Source: Candidatus Cloacimonadales bacterium
GTDB lineage: Bacteria; Cloacimonadota; Cloacimonadia; Cloacimonadales; JAIOQZ01
Length of the DNA stretch: 64,000 bases
Assembly: GCA_963665815.1 (NCBI GenBank)
Contig: OY762463.1
Location: 3,899,600 to 3,963,599 of the forward strand
Direction of reading: 5' to 3'
Within the stretch, counting starts at the first letter, position 1; each line of letters begins with the position of its first letter. Both the position numbers and the translations under genes were made by a program. Shown piece after piece: positions 1 through 9,057 of this stretch. The notes under the pieces are model-generated. The model was not told where the DNA came from. It saw only the letters and a list, made by a program, of their open reading frames with translations, and ran no database searches.

Positions 1-1
1 A

Positions 2-970
2 CGAGTAATAATTGCAGGATCAGGATTCTTTGCTTTTGCAGTATCTTCAAACAACCTTATCAGATCCGAAGGTCATGCAAAAGTGGCAATGGGAACGATG
101 TTTGTATCTGCATTTGTAAATATCATTCTCGATGCGGTATTTATCTTTGTTTTCAAATGGGGTATGATGGGCGTAGCACTGGCAACAGTTATTGCTCAGA
201 CTTCCATGGCAATATATACATTTTGTTTTCTTCTGAGCGGAAAAAGCTCTGTAAAACTGCACTGGTCAAATATCAGAATAAAACCTGATATAATCAAATC
301 TGTTTTTTCAGTTGGAATATCAGCGTTCTTCAGACAGTTTTCATCGATGATCATGATTGTATTCCTCAACCGAATTATTGTGAAGTATGGCTCAAACAGT
401 TCTATCGCAATTATTGGTGCTGTTAACAGAATCATTATGATGATCCTGATGCCGATCTTCGGGCTTGCACAGGGATTACAACCTGTAGCCGGATTCAATT
501 ATGGAGCAAAACGTTTGAAGCTTGTTAAACAGTCGTTAAAATATGCTTCTATCTGGGCTGTTTCCATAACTACTGTCGGATATATTATCATAAATACGCT
601 ACCACGACAGTTGATTTCAATATTCTCTACTGACGCAGATATGATAAATGAGGCATCAGCCGTGCTGAGAATTGTTTGTCTTGTTATGCCTCTTGTCGGA
701 TTTCAGGTAATTGGAGCCGCATTCTTTCAGGCAATTGGAAAAGCACTTCCGGCGTTTTTCCTCAATATTTCTCGTCAGATAGTCTTTTTTATTCCTATTG
801 TAACAATTCTATCAGGGATGTTTGGACTTGACGGAGTCTGGTATTCTGCACCTGTTTCAGATGCACTGGCATTTGTTGTGACCTTAGTGTTCATTTTTGT
901 GCAAATTAGAAAATTTAACTCAGCAATAAGTAAAAAACTTGCAGTTAATTCCAATATTGTAAAAGATTAG
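2..970 (+). CDS. MATE family efflux transporter (5' end lies outside the window)
   Basis: Frame is open from base 2. Many hydrophobic helices; MATE motifs NIILDAVFIF, GVALATVIAQ, QPVAGFNYGAK, FQAIGKA. Confidence 0.9.
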   Translation, partial: RVIIAGSGFFAFAVSSNNLIRSEGHAKVAMGTMFVSAFVNIILDAVFIFVFKWGMMGVALATVIAQTSMAIYTFCFLLSGKSSVKLHWSNIRIKPDIIKSVFSVGISAFFRQFSSMIMIVFLNRIIVKYGSNSSIAIIGAVNRIIMMILMPIFGLAQGLQPVAGFNYGAKRLKLVKQSLKYASIWAVSITTVGYIIINTLPRQLISIFSTDADMINEASAVLRIVCLVMPLVGFQVIGAAFFQAIGKALPAFFLNISRQIVFFIPIVTILSGMFGLDGVWYSAPVSDALAFVVTLVFIFVQIRKFNSAISKKLAVNSNIVKD

Positions 971-973
971 TCT

Positions 974-2536
974 ATGAGTAAGGAAAAACTTAGCAGAAAT
1001 ATTGGTTCAATGTCATTTGCAGTTTTGATCAGCAGGATATTCGGGTTGCTGAGAGATCAGATATTCGCATACTTCTTTGGTGCAACATTTGTAGCCGATG
1101 CTTTCAATACAGCTTTCAAAATCCCTAATCTCCTGAGAAGACTTTTCGGGGAAGGAGCTCTTGGGGCAGCATTTATACCGTTGTATCAGGAAATCGGTAT
1201 TAAACACGGGAAAAAGGAGCAGATCCATTTTGCATTGAATTTGCTGACAATCCTATTATGCCTGCTTTCTTTCTTATGTGTCATAAGCCTTGCTTTGACT
1301 CCTTGGATCGTTAAAATCATTGCACCCGGATTCAATCAGGTAACGTATGAACTAACTGTAAAACTCACCAGAATTATGTTTCCTTTCCTCATACTGATCG
1401 GTTTTTCATCTATGCTCGTGTCAATTCTCAATTCACATAAATTGTTCTTTATACCTGCTCTGACCAGCTCATTCATGAATGTTGTGATGATAGCAGCAAT
1501 GCTTTTACCCGGATTACTGATGACTAAGGATGTTTCAGAACTTTCTGTATGGCTTTCTATTGGTGTTCTGGTTGGAGGAATACTTCAGACGATTACTCTG
1601 TTCCCATTATTGAAGAAACTTGATTACAAGGTAAGTCCTGTATTTGATCTGAAATCGGAAGCTATAAGTAATCTGTGGAAAAAGTTCCTGCCTGGAGTTA
1701 TTGGGATTGCAGTGCGTCAGGTAAATCTGCTTGCGGATCAGATACTAGCTTCTTTGCTTGTTGTAGGCTCTATTTCTGCGCTTGGTTATGGTAACAGGTT
1801 GATGCAGCTCCCATTCGGGATTATCGGTGTTTCTGCTGGTGCTGCTGTTATACCGTATTTTTCAGATTATGTTGCAAAGAAGGAATGGGGAAGTCTGAAC
1901 TCGAAACTGAATTTTGCCTTGAAAACAATGCTGTTTTTCTCTATTCCGATTACACTTCTGATAGTTTTACTGGGAAAAGATATTATTCGCATACTCTTTA
2001 TGAGAGGAGCATTCGATTTAGCAGCGTTGGATATGAGTTATTCAGCTTTAGTATATTATAGCGTTGGTTTGATTTTTCTCTGTCTGAACAGGGTGATTAT
2101 TCCTGTTTTCTATGCCCACAAAAACACTAAAACTCCTGTAAAAATATCAATCTATATTGTTTTTATCAATGTTGTGCTGAATATAATATTAATGCAGTTC
2201 ATGCAGCATAACGGGCTGGCTCTGGCAACATCTATTGCTGCTGTTTTACAGTTCTTTATTCTATTGAATGTATTGAATAAGGACTACGAAAAAGTTAAGG
2301 TCAGTATACTTGACATGGAATTGATCAGGTTTGTTATACTTAATATCATCGCTGGAATTCTTGTTAAATTTATCTATCTGTTTATGGGCAGTCAAACCAT
2401 GCTCATGGCAATAGTTAGAATTGTATTGAGTGGTATTGTAACTTTGATTGTCTTTGGAGTAGGTGTACATTTATTGAGGATTCAATACGGAATTAGATTA
2501 TGGGAAAAAATAAGCAGAAAACTTCTGAGAAAATAA
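974..2536 (+). CDS. murJ: Lipid II flippase MurJ (MviN)
   Basis: SRIFGLLRD, ADAFNTAFKIPNLLRRLFGEGA, RLMQLPFG motifs; 520-aa membrane protein. Confidence 0.95.
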   Translation: MSKEKLSRNIGSMSFAVLISRIFGLLRDQIFAYFFGATFVADAFNTAFKIPNLLRRLFGEGALGAAFIPLYQEIGIKHGKKEQIHFALNLLTILLCLLSFLCVISLALTPWIVKIIAPGFNQVTYELTVKLTRIMFPFLILIGFSSMLVSILNSHKLFFIPALTSSFMNVVMIAAMLLPGLLMTKDVSELSVWLSIGVLVGGILQTITLFPLLKKLDYKVSPVFDLKSEAISNLWKKFLPGVIGIAVRQVNLLADQILASLLVVGSISALGYGNRLMQLPFGIIGVSAGAAVIPYFSDYVAKKEWGSLNSKLNFALKTMLFFSIPITLLIVLLGKDIIRILFMRGAFDLAALDMSYSALVYYSVGLIFLCLNRVIIPVFYAHKNTKTPVKISIYIVFINVVLNIILMQFMQHNGLALATSIAAVLQFFILLNVLNKDYEKVKVSILDMELIRFVILNIIAGILVKFIYLFMGSQTMLMAIVRIVLSGIVTLIVFGVGVHLLRIQYGIRLWEKISRKLLRK

Positions 2537-4326
2537 GAGAGAAACTGAAACTCTTACCGGAGAAACCCGGTGTTTACAGGATGTATAATTCCAAAGGGAA
2601 GATAATATACATAGGCAAGGCAATTGTCCTGAAGAACAGGGTGAGAAGCTATTTTTCGGGTTCATCACATGATCCCAAGACAGAAGAGCTTGTAAGTAAT
2701 ATCAGAGATTTGGACTACATTATTACTGAAACAGAGTACGAAGCTCTGGTTCTGGAAGCAAATCTCATAAAGAAACATCGTCCCAAGTATAACATTATGC
2801 TTAAGGATGATCGTAAATATCCGTTTATCGCCATAACAATGAATGAACCGTTTCCAAGAGTATTTGTAACCCGTGATATTGGGAAAAAGGGTGTTAAGTA
2901 TTTCGGTCCTTATACTGAAGTAAGAGCTGTCAGGAGAATATTGCGTCGATTTGAGTGGATTTTCCCTACCAGAAATTGTACGAGAACAATCCCTGCTCAT
3001 AAGATTATCCACGAAAAGCCTTGTATTAACTTTCAGCTTGGCAAGTGCCCTGCTCCCTGTGTTGGATATATTACTCAGGAGGAATATGGAAAGACAATCA
3101 GGAGCATATTCCGGTTTCTACAGGGACGTACCGACGAGATAATCGATACGTTTAAATCTGAAATGGAAGGTTATGCTGAGAATCTTGAGTTTGAAAAGGC
3201 TGCTAAGACCAGAGATATAATCAAGAATATTGAGTCTGTCACCAGAAATCAGCATGTACATTTTGCCGATCAGTCCAACAGGGATGTCATAGGAATATAT
3301 AAAGATGCGGACAGAGCTGCCGTTAGTGTTCTGAAGATTCTGTCAGGGAAACTGATGAATAGAGAAATCTATGCTATGGATAATGTAGCCGGATCAGAAT
3401 ATCCTGAGATCATGGAAGCTTTTGTTAAGCAGTATTATACAAACAAGTTGGATGACCTGCCATATAGGATTTTGTGTCAGTATGAACCGACTGATTTTGA
3501 GGCAATTAATGAAATGCTGAAGAATAAAGTTATTGTTCCGCAGAAGGGCGACAACAAACAGCTTATCGGATTGGCTAAGAAGAATGCATTTAACCATGTA
3601 GAAGAACTGAGATTACAGCACCTGAAGTCGAAAGAACGAGCAATTTTGCCTGTGCAGGAGCTTAAAGAAAAGTTGCAGTTAAATAAACTGCCCCGCAGGA
3701 TGATATGTATTGATATCTCAACAATTCAGGGAACAGATACAGTGTCGTCTCTGGTTTTCTTTGAGAATGGCAAGCCCAAAAAGAAGAATTACATGCACTT
3801 CATAATGAAGACTGTAGAAGGACAGGATGACTTTGCTTCTATGCGGGAGACTTTAACGAGATATCTGGCAAAAATAGATAACTATGTCAAACCCGATCTG
3901 ATTGTGATAGATGGGGGAAAGGGACAGCTCAGCTCAGCCTTCAGTATTCTGCAGGAGTACAAGCAGGATGATATAGAGATGATTTCTCTGGCAAAGAGGA
4001 TTGAGGAAGTGTTTCTACCCGGACAGAAGACATCTATCCTGCTACCAAGGAATTCATCCGCTTTGAGACTACTCATTCACATTCGGGATGAGTCTCACAG
4101 GTTTGCAGTTACGTTCCATAGAAAGAGACGCTCGCACAGAACACTGATTAGTGATCTGGACAGAGTTAAGGGCATAGGTGAAAACAAAAAGTTCATGTTG
4201 TTGAAACAGTTTGGTTCTGTGGCTAATCTGCGAAAAGCCAGTGCTGAGGAGATTGCTGTCATGCCGGGAATTGGTATTAAAACAGCAGAATCTATTCTGG
4301 CGCAATTGAAGGAGATGGATAATTAA
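2500..4326 (+). CDS. uvrC: Excinuclease ABC subunit C
   Basis: GIY-YIG N-terminus (PGVYRM..IIYIGKA..LKNRVRSYF), UVR domain, RNase H-like domain (DISTIQG, PDLIVIDGGKGQL, RDESHRFA), C-terminal HhH. Confidence 0.97.
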   Translation: MGKNKQKTSEKIREKLKLLPEKPGVYRMYNSKGKIIYIGKAIVLKNRVRSYFSGSSHDPKTEELVSNIRDLDYIITETEYEALVLEANLIKKHRPKYNIMLKDDRKYPFIAITMNEPFPRVFVTRDIGKKGVKYFGPYTEVRAVRRILRRFEWIFPTRNCTRTIPAHKIIHEKPCINFQLGKCPAPCVGYITQEEYGKTIRSIFRFLQGRTDEIIDTFKSEMEGYAENLEFEKAAKTRDIIKNIESVTRNQHVHFADQSNRDVIGIYKDADRAAVSVLKILSGKLMNREIYAMDNVAGSEYPEIMEAFVKQYYTNKLDDLPYRILCQYEPTDFEAINEMLKNKVIVPQKGDNKQLIGLAKKNAFNHVEELRLQHLKSKERAILPVQELKEKLQLNKLPRRMICIDISTIQGTDTVSSLVFFENGKPKKKNYMHFIMKTVEGQDDFASMRETLTRYLAKIDNYVKPDLIVIDGGKGQLSSAFSILQEYKQDDIEMISLAKRIEEVFLPGQKTSILLPRNSSALRLLIHIRDESHRFAVTFHRKRRSHRTLISDLDRVKGIGENKKFMLLKQFGSVANLRKASAEEIAVMPGIGIKTAESILAQLKEMDN

Positions 4327-4474
4327 TTAAATTTATGTTGTAGAAAAAGTGTATATACAAAGTTAAAAAAATATTTTCTTTTTGAACTTATACCCTGTAG
4401 CTGTAGCCTCCTTTACTATAAACATTTATTTAATTTTCTTCATACAGACAAATAGTTAAATTTCAATTTGCATT

Positions 4475-4504
4475 TTGACAAATATATGGTAATTTATATA
4501 AAAT
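4475..4504 (+). promoter_or_regulatory. Putative sigma70 promoter
   Basis: TTGACA-18 nt-TAAAAT upstream of the GGAGG RBS of the next gene. Confidence 0.45.
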
Positions 4505-4530
4505 GAATATAATTCAAAATTGTGGAGGTA

Positions 4531-5253
4531 ATGATGTCTGTTAAAAAAATATTAATCGTAACCATGATGCTTATTCTTACTTTTTCTTTTTTATTAGCGA
4601 GAGAGATAAAAGTTAGTTTAGCTCAGATGCCTGTATATGCCGAAAGTCGAGATAAAGGCGTTCTTGTTGACTTCGTAAAGGCTATGGATGAGAAGTCAGA
4701 CCATCAGTTTACAATAGAAGTTGTTCCATTTGCCAGGTCAATGAACTATGTGAAATCAGAGAAAGTTGATTTTCATATGCCTCTCATAAAGCTTCCTGAT
4801 TCAGAAAAGCTCCAATTAGACTATGATCATTCAACCGCAACAATATTTCATGTAAACTTTGTTCTTTACACTAATAAAGAAAAGCCTTTGAACAAGAATA
4901 AGCTCGGGGATTACAAAATTGAAACTGACAGGGCGCATACAGCATATTTCGACTTTCCGATTACTCCTTCATCAGATTTATTAGCCAGTCTGAAGAGGCT
5001 TAATAGTGGCAGGATTGATGGAGTAATATTTGCAGATAATGCATGTGATCCAATAATAAAGACTGAGAAATTTGAAAATATCAGAAGAGAGCTGTATAAA
5101 AGATTTGATGTAAAGATTATTCTTCCCAAGGGTAATAGGGGAGGTGATATCGATAACATTCTGACAGATTTGATAGAGAAGCTGAAAGCAACAGGAGAGT
5201 TTGATAAAATTATGGGAGTAATAGACGCTCCTTACAATAACTGGCAACCATAA
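4531..5253 (+). CDS. Periplasmic substrate-binding domain protein (SBP family 3-like), no adjacent permease
   Basis: Signal peptide; GVLVDFV, VPFARSM, LKRLNSGRIDGVI, LKATGEFDKI motifs. RBS GGAGG at 4524-4528 favours ATG 4531 or 4534 over GTG 4522. Confidence 0.75.
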   Translation: MMSVKKILIVTMMLILTFSFLLAREIKVSLAQMPVYAESRDKGVLVDFVKAMDEKSDHQFTIEVVPFARSMNYVKSEKVDFHMPLIKLPDSEKLQLDYDHSTATIFHVNFVLYTNKEKPLNKNKLGDYKIETDRAHTAYFDFPITPSSDLLASLKRLNSGRIDGVIFADNACDPIIKTEKFENIRRELYKRFDVKIILPKGNRGGDIDNILTDLIEKLKATGEFDKIMGVIDAPYNNWQP

Positions 5254-5275
5254 CCAAAACAAATAGATTCAGATT

Positions 5276-5315
5276 CCTCCCTAATGACAAATCAGTTATT
5301 ATGGGAGGTTTTTTT
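5276..5315 (+). terminator. Rho-independent terminator
   Basis: CCTCCCTAATGAC..GTTATTATGGGAGG stem followed by T7. Confidence 0.7.
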
Positions 5316-5348
5316 GTCTGGTAGTTATCCATAGTTCATGGAGTTAAT

Positions 5349-5427
5349 CGGGACGTAGAGCAGTCCGGCTATCTTTCTCGAATGGGTTCGAGCGGTCGTC
5401 CCGAGTCAATCGGGATCATCCCGACCA
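5349..5427 (+). pseudogene. tRNA-Pro-like copy 1 (T-arm replaced, 6-nt anticodon loop, D-stem substitution)
   Basis: Matches the tRNA 5' part but has ATGGGT loop and GCTATCTT; 3' part is GTCCCGAGTCAATCGGGATCATCCCGACCA. Confidence 0.8.
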
Positions 5428-5616
5428 TATAAAAAAATATCATCCAATAATTATAGATAGTTTTCAAACACCTGCAAGTTCTAAAATGTATTTCCAACTT
5501 CTAATTAGTTCTGCAATTCAGGATAATCATATGCGAAAAAGCAATCCAGACTAATATGCTCCTCATATATAAAAAAAATTGTCAAAAAATTAGTGTTCTC
5601 AAAACATAGCTACAAT

Positions 5617-5696
5617 CGGGACGTAGAGCAGTCCGGCTAGCTTTCTCGAATGGGGTTCGAGCGGTCGTCCCGAGTCAATCGGGATCATCCCGACCA
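5617..5696 (+). pseudogene. tRNA-Pro(GGG)-like copy 2 (T-arm replaced)
   Basis: Identical to the tRNA through CGGTCG, then an alternative hairpin and CATCCCG-ACCA; no TTC loop. Confidence 0.8.
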
Positions 5697-5885
5697 TATA
5701 AAAAAATATCATCCAATAATTATAGATAGTTTTCAAGCACCTGCAAGTTCAATTATGTATTTCTGACTTCTAATTAGTTCTGCAATTCAGGATAATCATA
5801 TGCGAAAAAGCAATCCAGACTAATATGCTCCTCATATATAAAAAAACTTGTCAAAAAATTAATGTTCTCAAAACATAGCTGCAAT

Positions 5886-5965
5886 CGGGACGTAGAGCAG
5901 TCCGGCTAGCTTTCTCGAATGGGGTTCGAGCGGTCGTCCCGAGTCAATCGGGATCATCCCGACCA
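5886..5965 (+). pseudogene. tRNA-Pro(GGG)-like copy 3 (T-arm replaced)
   Basis: Identical to copy 2. Confidence 0.8.
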
Positions 5966-6150
5966 TATAAAAAATCATCCAATTATTAATTAACATACTC
6001 AACACCTGTAAGCTTAATAATTTATTTCGAACTTCTAATTAGTTCTGCAATTCAGGATAATCATATGCGAAAAAGCAATCCAGACTAATATGCTCCTCAT
6101 ATATAAAAAAACTTGTCAAAAAATTAATGTTCTCAAAACATAGCTGCAAT

Positions 6151-6228
6151 CGGGACGTAGAGCAGTCCGGCTAGCTTTCTCGAATGGGGTTCGAGCGGTC
6201 GCAGGTTCAAATCCTGTCGTCCCGACCA
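6151..6228 (+). tRNA. tRNA-Pro(GGG)
   Basis: Cloverleaf: acceptor CGGGACG/CGTCCCG, D-stem GAGC/GCTT, anticodon stem CTCGA/TCGAG with loop ATGGGGT, T-arm GCAGG-TTCAAAT-CCTGT, ACCA end; C1-G72 and A73 as in tRNA-Pro. Confidence 0.96.
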
Positions 6229-6448
6229 TTTTTTTTTCCGCTCCCAAACGGTCGTCCCGAATCAATCGGGATCGTCTCGACCATTATTAAATTAAGTATA
6301 TCCTTTGTATACACGGTTTTATGCGATACTAATATTGTTATAATTCAACATGAAAATAATGATCAGGTGTAAAAACGTGTGCATTATTTTCAATTTTTTT
6401 TCCTAATTGATAAATTATAGCCTGTTAAACTGCTCCCAGATAATTCCT

Positions 6449-8431
6449 TTATCTACTGGTTTCCTCCATTAAATCAGCCAGTCTCTCAACAGATGAAGGA
6501 ATACCGCCGGAACGCCTGTAGATGTATTTCAGGGTGTTACGGTCAATATTGTCATTCTTATATATGTCTTCCACCATTTCAGTTGTTTCTTTCTGAGTTA
6601 AGGGGCTGAGAATAATTCTAGAAACTGAAAAGCAGTCGAAATTAGAGAACAGTAAATCCAGAATTTCACCTTTCTCACTGGTACACACAATTTTAATTGG
6701 ATTTTTCATGTCAGGTTTCAGATGCGAAATAATATGCAGACTCTCAGCATCTATAAATTCTGCATTATCCAGAATAAACATGACAGGTCTGTCTTCAGTT
6801 ATTTTACAGGAGAAGTATTGGAAAGCTTCAGCAATTTCTTTTATCTCCTTAGCTGTTTTAGCAGGTTGATCTAAAGACGCATTTGGTTTGGCAATAGAGT
6901 AAATAATGTCCTCATGTCTGAAACCTTGCGAATCAAAATTACATAGTTTATTCCAGCTTCTTTTGAATTGTGCATATAGATCATCTTCTGGCTGTTCTCT
7001 CACAATATGGAAATAGCTGTCCAGAATAAGTCTTAAAACATTATACGGTACAATTGTACTAAGTTCATTCAGATATATCTTTTCCATTCTGTAGTCTTCA
7101 ATACTCATAACAGATTCGCTTATCAATCGGCTTTTTCCTGCTCCTTTCACACCTTCAACAATGACAAGCTCATTATCAGAAGAGTCAAGCTGGCTTAATA
7201 TCTGATCTAACTCCTTTTTTCGTCCGATAAATTTGTAGTTATACTTAAGCATTGTATCTTGTATGTAGCCTTCCAGGTGGTGGACTTCTACAGGTTTCAG
7301 GAATCCTTTCAGATTCAGCTTTTTACCGCTTTCTACAAACTGAAACTGAGACTTGATATCTGAATACAGGAAGTGATCGGTAAGAATCTCACCTTTATCT
7401 GCATCCATCATCAGGCGTGCTGCAAGATTAACAGACTTCCCGAGAGAAGTATATTCCTTTATGTTTTTACCACCGGTATATCCTGAATAGGCGAAACCCG
7501 ATGCCAGTCCAATAGATACTTCGGGGACTTCTTCAATTATTTTGAGAGCAAATCTACTCATTTTATGTAGAATTCTTGCATCTGATTTGGGAGAACCAAA
7601 GATTATCAATCCGATTACACCTTTATCTGTGGCATCAAGTTTGTTCATCAGTCCACCATAATGATCCAGCAGCTCATGGATAATCTTAACTGTATCCTCT
7701 AAATCTTTCATGGGTATTTTTTTGAGACTGATAAAACAATAGGCAGCATGACGAATTTCATTTTGTGGTTTTGTACGAATAAATCTCGGATGTAAAAACT
7801 TTTCCAGTGTTCTCTCGGAGTACATATACACAATTTCATGGGGTAAAGAAGAATAGCTTTGAGTAGAAAGGGTATAAACTTGATCTTTCTGTTCAAAATG
7901 CTCTATTCCAATAAAATTCGCTGCTGAAGCTGAAAATCCCACTTCGTTTTTATTGGATGAAATCTCAGCAAGCTCATTAATGATATCTCCAAAAAAGATA
8001 TATTCGCATTGAAGATTGTTGCGGAATATTTTCCAGTGTATATTACCAAAGCAGACAGTAATACGTGCTTTGATGTCAAAATCTCCCAGACAGCAGGAGT
8101 AATTGCTGTTGGATTTCAGCCTGGACTGGATGCTGCAGGCTGCACTTAGAATATTATCAGGGTTACATTCAGGGAATACGGCACAGAAAGCATCACCTGC
8201 AAAGACTGAGATAAATCCACCGTTACGCAGGATTATATCAATGGAATCCTCGAATGCCGCAGCAATATAATTACTCAGTTCCTGAGCCCCAAGATTGCTT
8301 TTATCCTGTAGGTAGTTGCCGGTTTTAGTGAAGTCTGCAATATCAAACAGGAGTATAAAGCCTTTGAGACAGCCGTTGAATTCGTTTTTTTCGTACTTGC
8401 TCAAGATGAATGGCGGTATATATCTGATCAT
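6449..8431 (-). CDS. Class III adenylate/guanylate cyclase (two cyclase domains) fused to an AAA/STAND ATPase
   Basis: LLFDIADFT and FAGDAF (domain 1); DKG and GKSVNLAARLM (domain 2); FIGRKKEL, P-loop GVKGAGKS, Walker B FILDN. Confidence 0.85.
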   Translation of the reverse strand: MIRYIPPFILSKYEKNEFNGCLKGFILLFDIADFTKTGNYLQDKSNLGAQELSNYIAAAFEDSIDIILRNGGFISVFAGDAFCAVFPECNPDNILSAACSIQSRLKSNSNYSCCLGDFDIKARITVCFGNIHWKIFRNNLQCEYIFFGDIINELAEISSNKNEVGFSASAANFIGIEHFEQKDQVYTLSTQSYSSLPHEIVYMYSERTLEKFLHPRFIRTKPQNEIRHAAYCFISLKKIPMKDLEDTVKIIHELLDHYGGLMNKLDATDKGVIGLIIFGSPKSDARILHKMSRFALKIIEEVPEVSIGLASGFAYSGYTGGKNIKEYTSLGKSVNLAARLMMDADKGEILTDHFLYSDIKSQFQFVESGKKLNLKGFLKPVEVHHLEGYIQDTMLKYNYKFIGRKKELDQILSQLDSSDNELVIVEGVKGAGKSRLISESVMSIEDYRMEKIYLNELSTIVPYNVLRLILDSYFHIVREQPEDDLYAQFKRSWNKLCNFDSQGFRHEDIIYSIAKPNASLDQPAKTAKEIKEIAEAFQYFSCKITEDRPVMFILDNAEFIDAESLHIISHLKPDMKNPIKIVCTSEKGEILDLLFSNFDCFSVSRIILSPLTQKETTEMVEDIYKNDNIDRNTLKYIYRRSGGIPSSVERLADLMEETSR

Positions 8432-8456
8432 ATTTATTCCCTTAGCGCTTTATAAA

Positions 8457-8485
8457 ATAATAATAGATTTTTTGCCCTGTGTCAA
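8457..8485 (-). promoter_or_regulatory. Putative sigma70 promoter of the cyclase gene
   Basis: TTGACA-17 nt-TATTTT on the minus strand, ~25 nt upstream of the start codon. Confidence 0.5.
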
Positions 8486-8491
8486 AGGAAT

Positions 8492-8522
8492 AAAAAAGCG
8501 GAACAGGGTTTAAGTGTTCCGC
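8492..8522 (-). terminator. Rho-independent terminator after the GLUG genes
   Basis: GCGGAACA/TGTTCCGC stem with A6 on the plus strand (U-tract on minus). Confidence 0.7.
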
Positions 8523-8542
8523 AAAGTTTTGTAATAGAAAAT

Positions 8543-9057
8543 TTACTTCAACAACAGCATTTTATGGGTGCTAACGTCTTTTCCTGCTTTCATTCTGACG
8601 AAGTATACACCGGAACTGACATTTTTGCTGTTTGAATCTCTACCAGACCATTTAATCGAGTGGTTTCCCTTTTCCTGCTGCTCATTCACTAGTGTTGTAA
8701 CTTTTTGTCCTTTAATGTTGTACACAACAATATTGACTCGACCTGTTTCTGCCAGTGAGTAACTGATAGTTGTTTCCGGGTTAAACGGATTCGGGTAGTT
8801 GCCGTTCAAACCAGATACTTCAGGAAGTTCAGGAACAGTGTTATCATCGTTATCTGTAATATCGAAATACTGATAATTATTATAAAGGTAAGGAAATCCA
8901 TCATTGATTTCCGGATCAATAGCCCAGATATCATCTGAACCAGTATCATCAAAAGGAGTTCCGAGGAAATCCCATGGGGTATCAAGTCCTGTTGTGTTCA
9001 GGTCTGTGAATGTAGCAATGTCTTTCATCTCAGCAAGAGACACTCTGGTTCCTCCTG
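8543..9057 (-). repeat. 515-bp near-identical direct repeat, copy 1 (3' end of paralog A)
   Basis: Matches 11335-11849 at offset 2792; one synonymous difference seen near the stop. Confidence 0.9.

Larger units (their letters stand above)
5349..6228 (+). repeat. Tandem repeat: three ~268-bp units (starts 5349, 5617, 5886) followed by the intact tRNA at 6151
   Basis: CGGGACGTAGAGCAGTCCGGCTA recurs at periods of 268, 269 and 265 bp; the inter-copy sequence is largely shared. Confidence 0.95.

Noticed and set aside
5349..5965. Three additional functional tRNA-Pro genes
   Set aside because: They lack the TTC T-loop and have an acceptor mismatch; copy 1 also has a 6-nt anticodon loop. Called tRNA-like pseudogenes instead.
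5349..6228. CRISPR array
   Set aside because: Units are ~268 bp with largely conserved spacers and tRNA-derived repeats; no cas genes in the window.
6184..6372. 62-aa ORF MGFERSQVQILSSRP
   Set aside because: It is a translation of the tRNA 3' half and its downstream flank.
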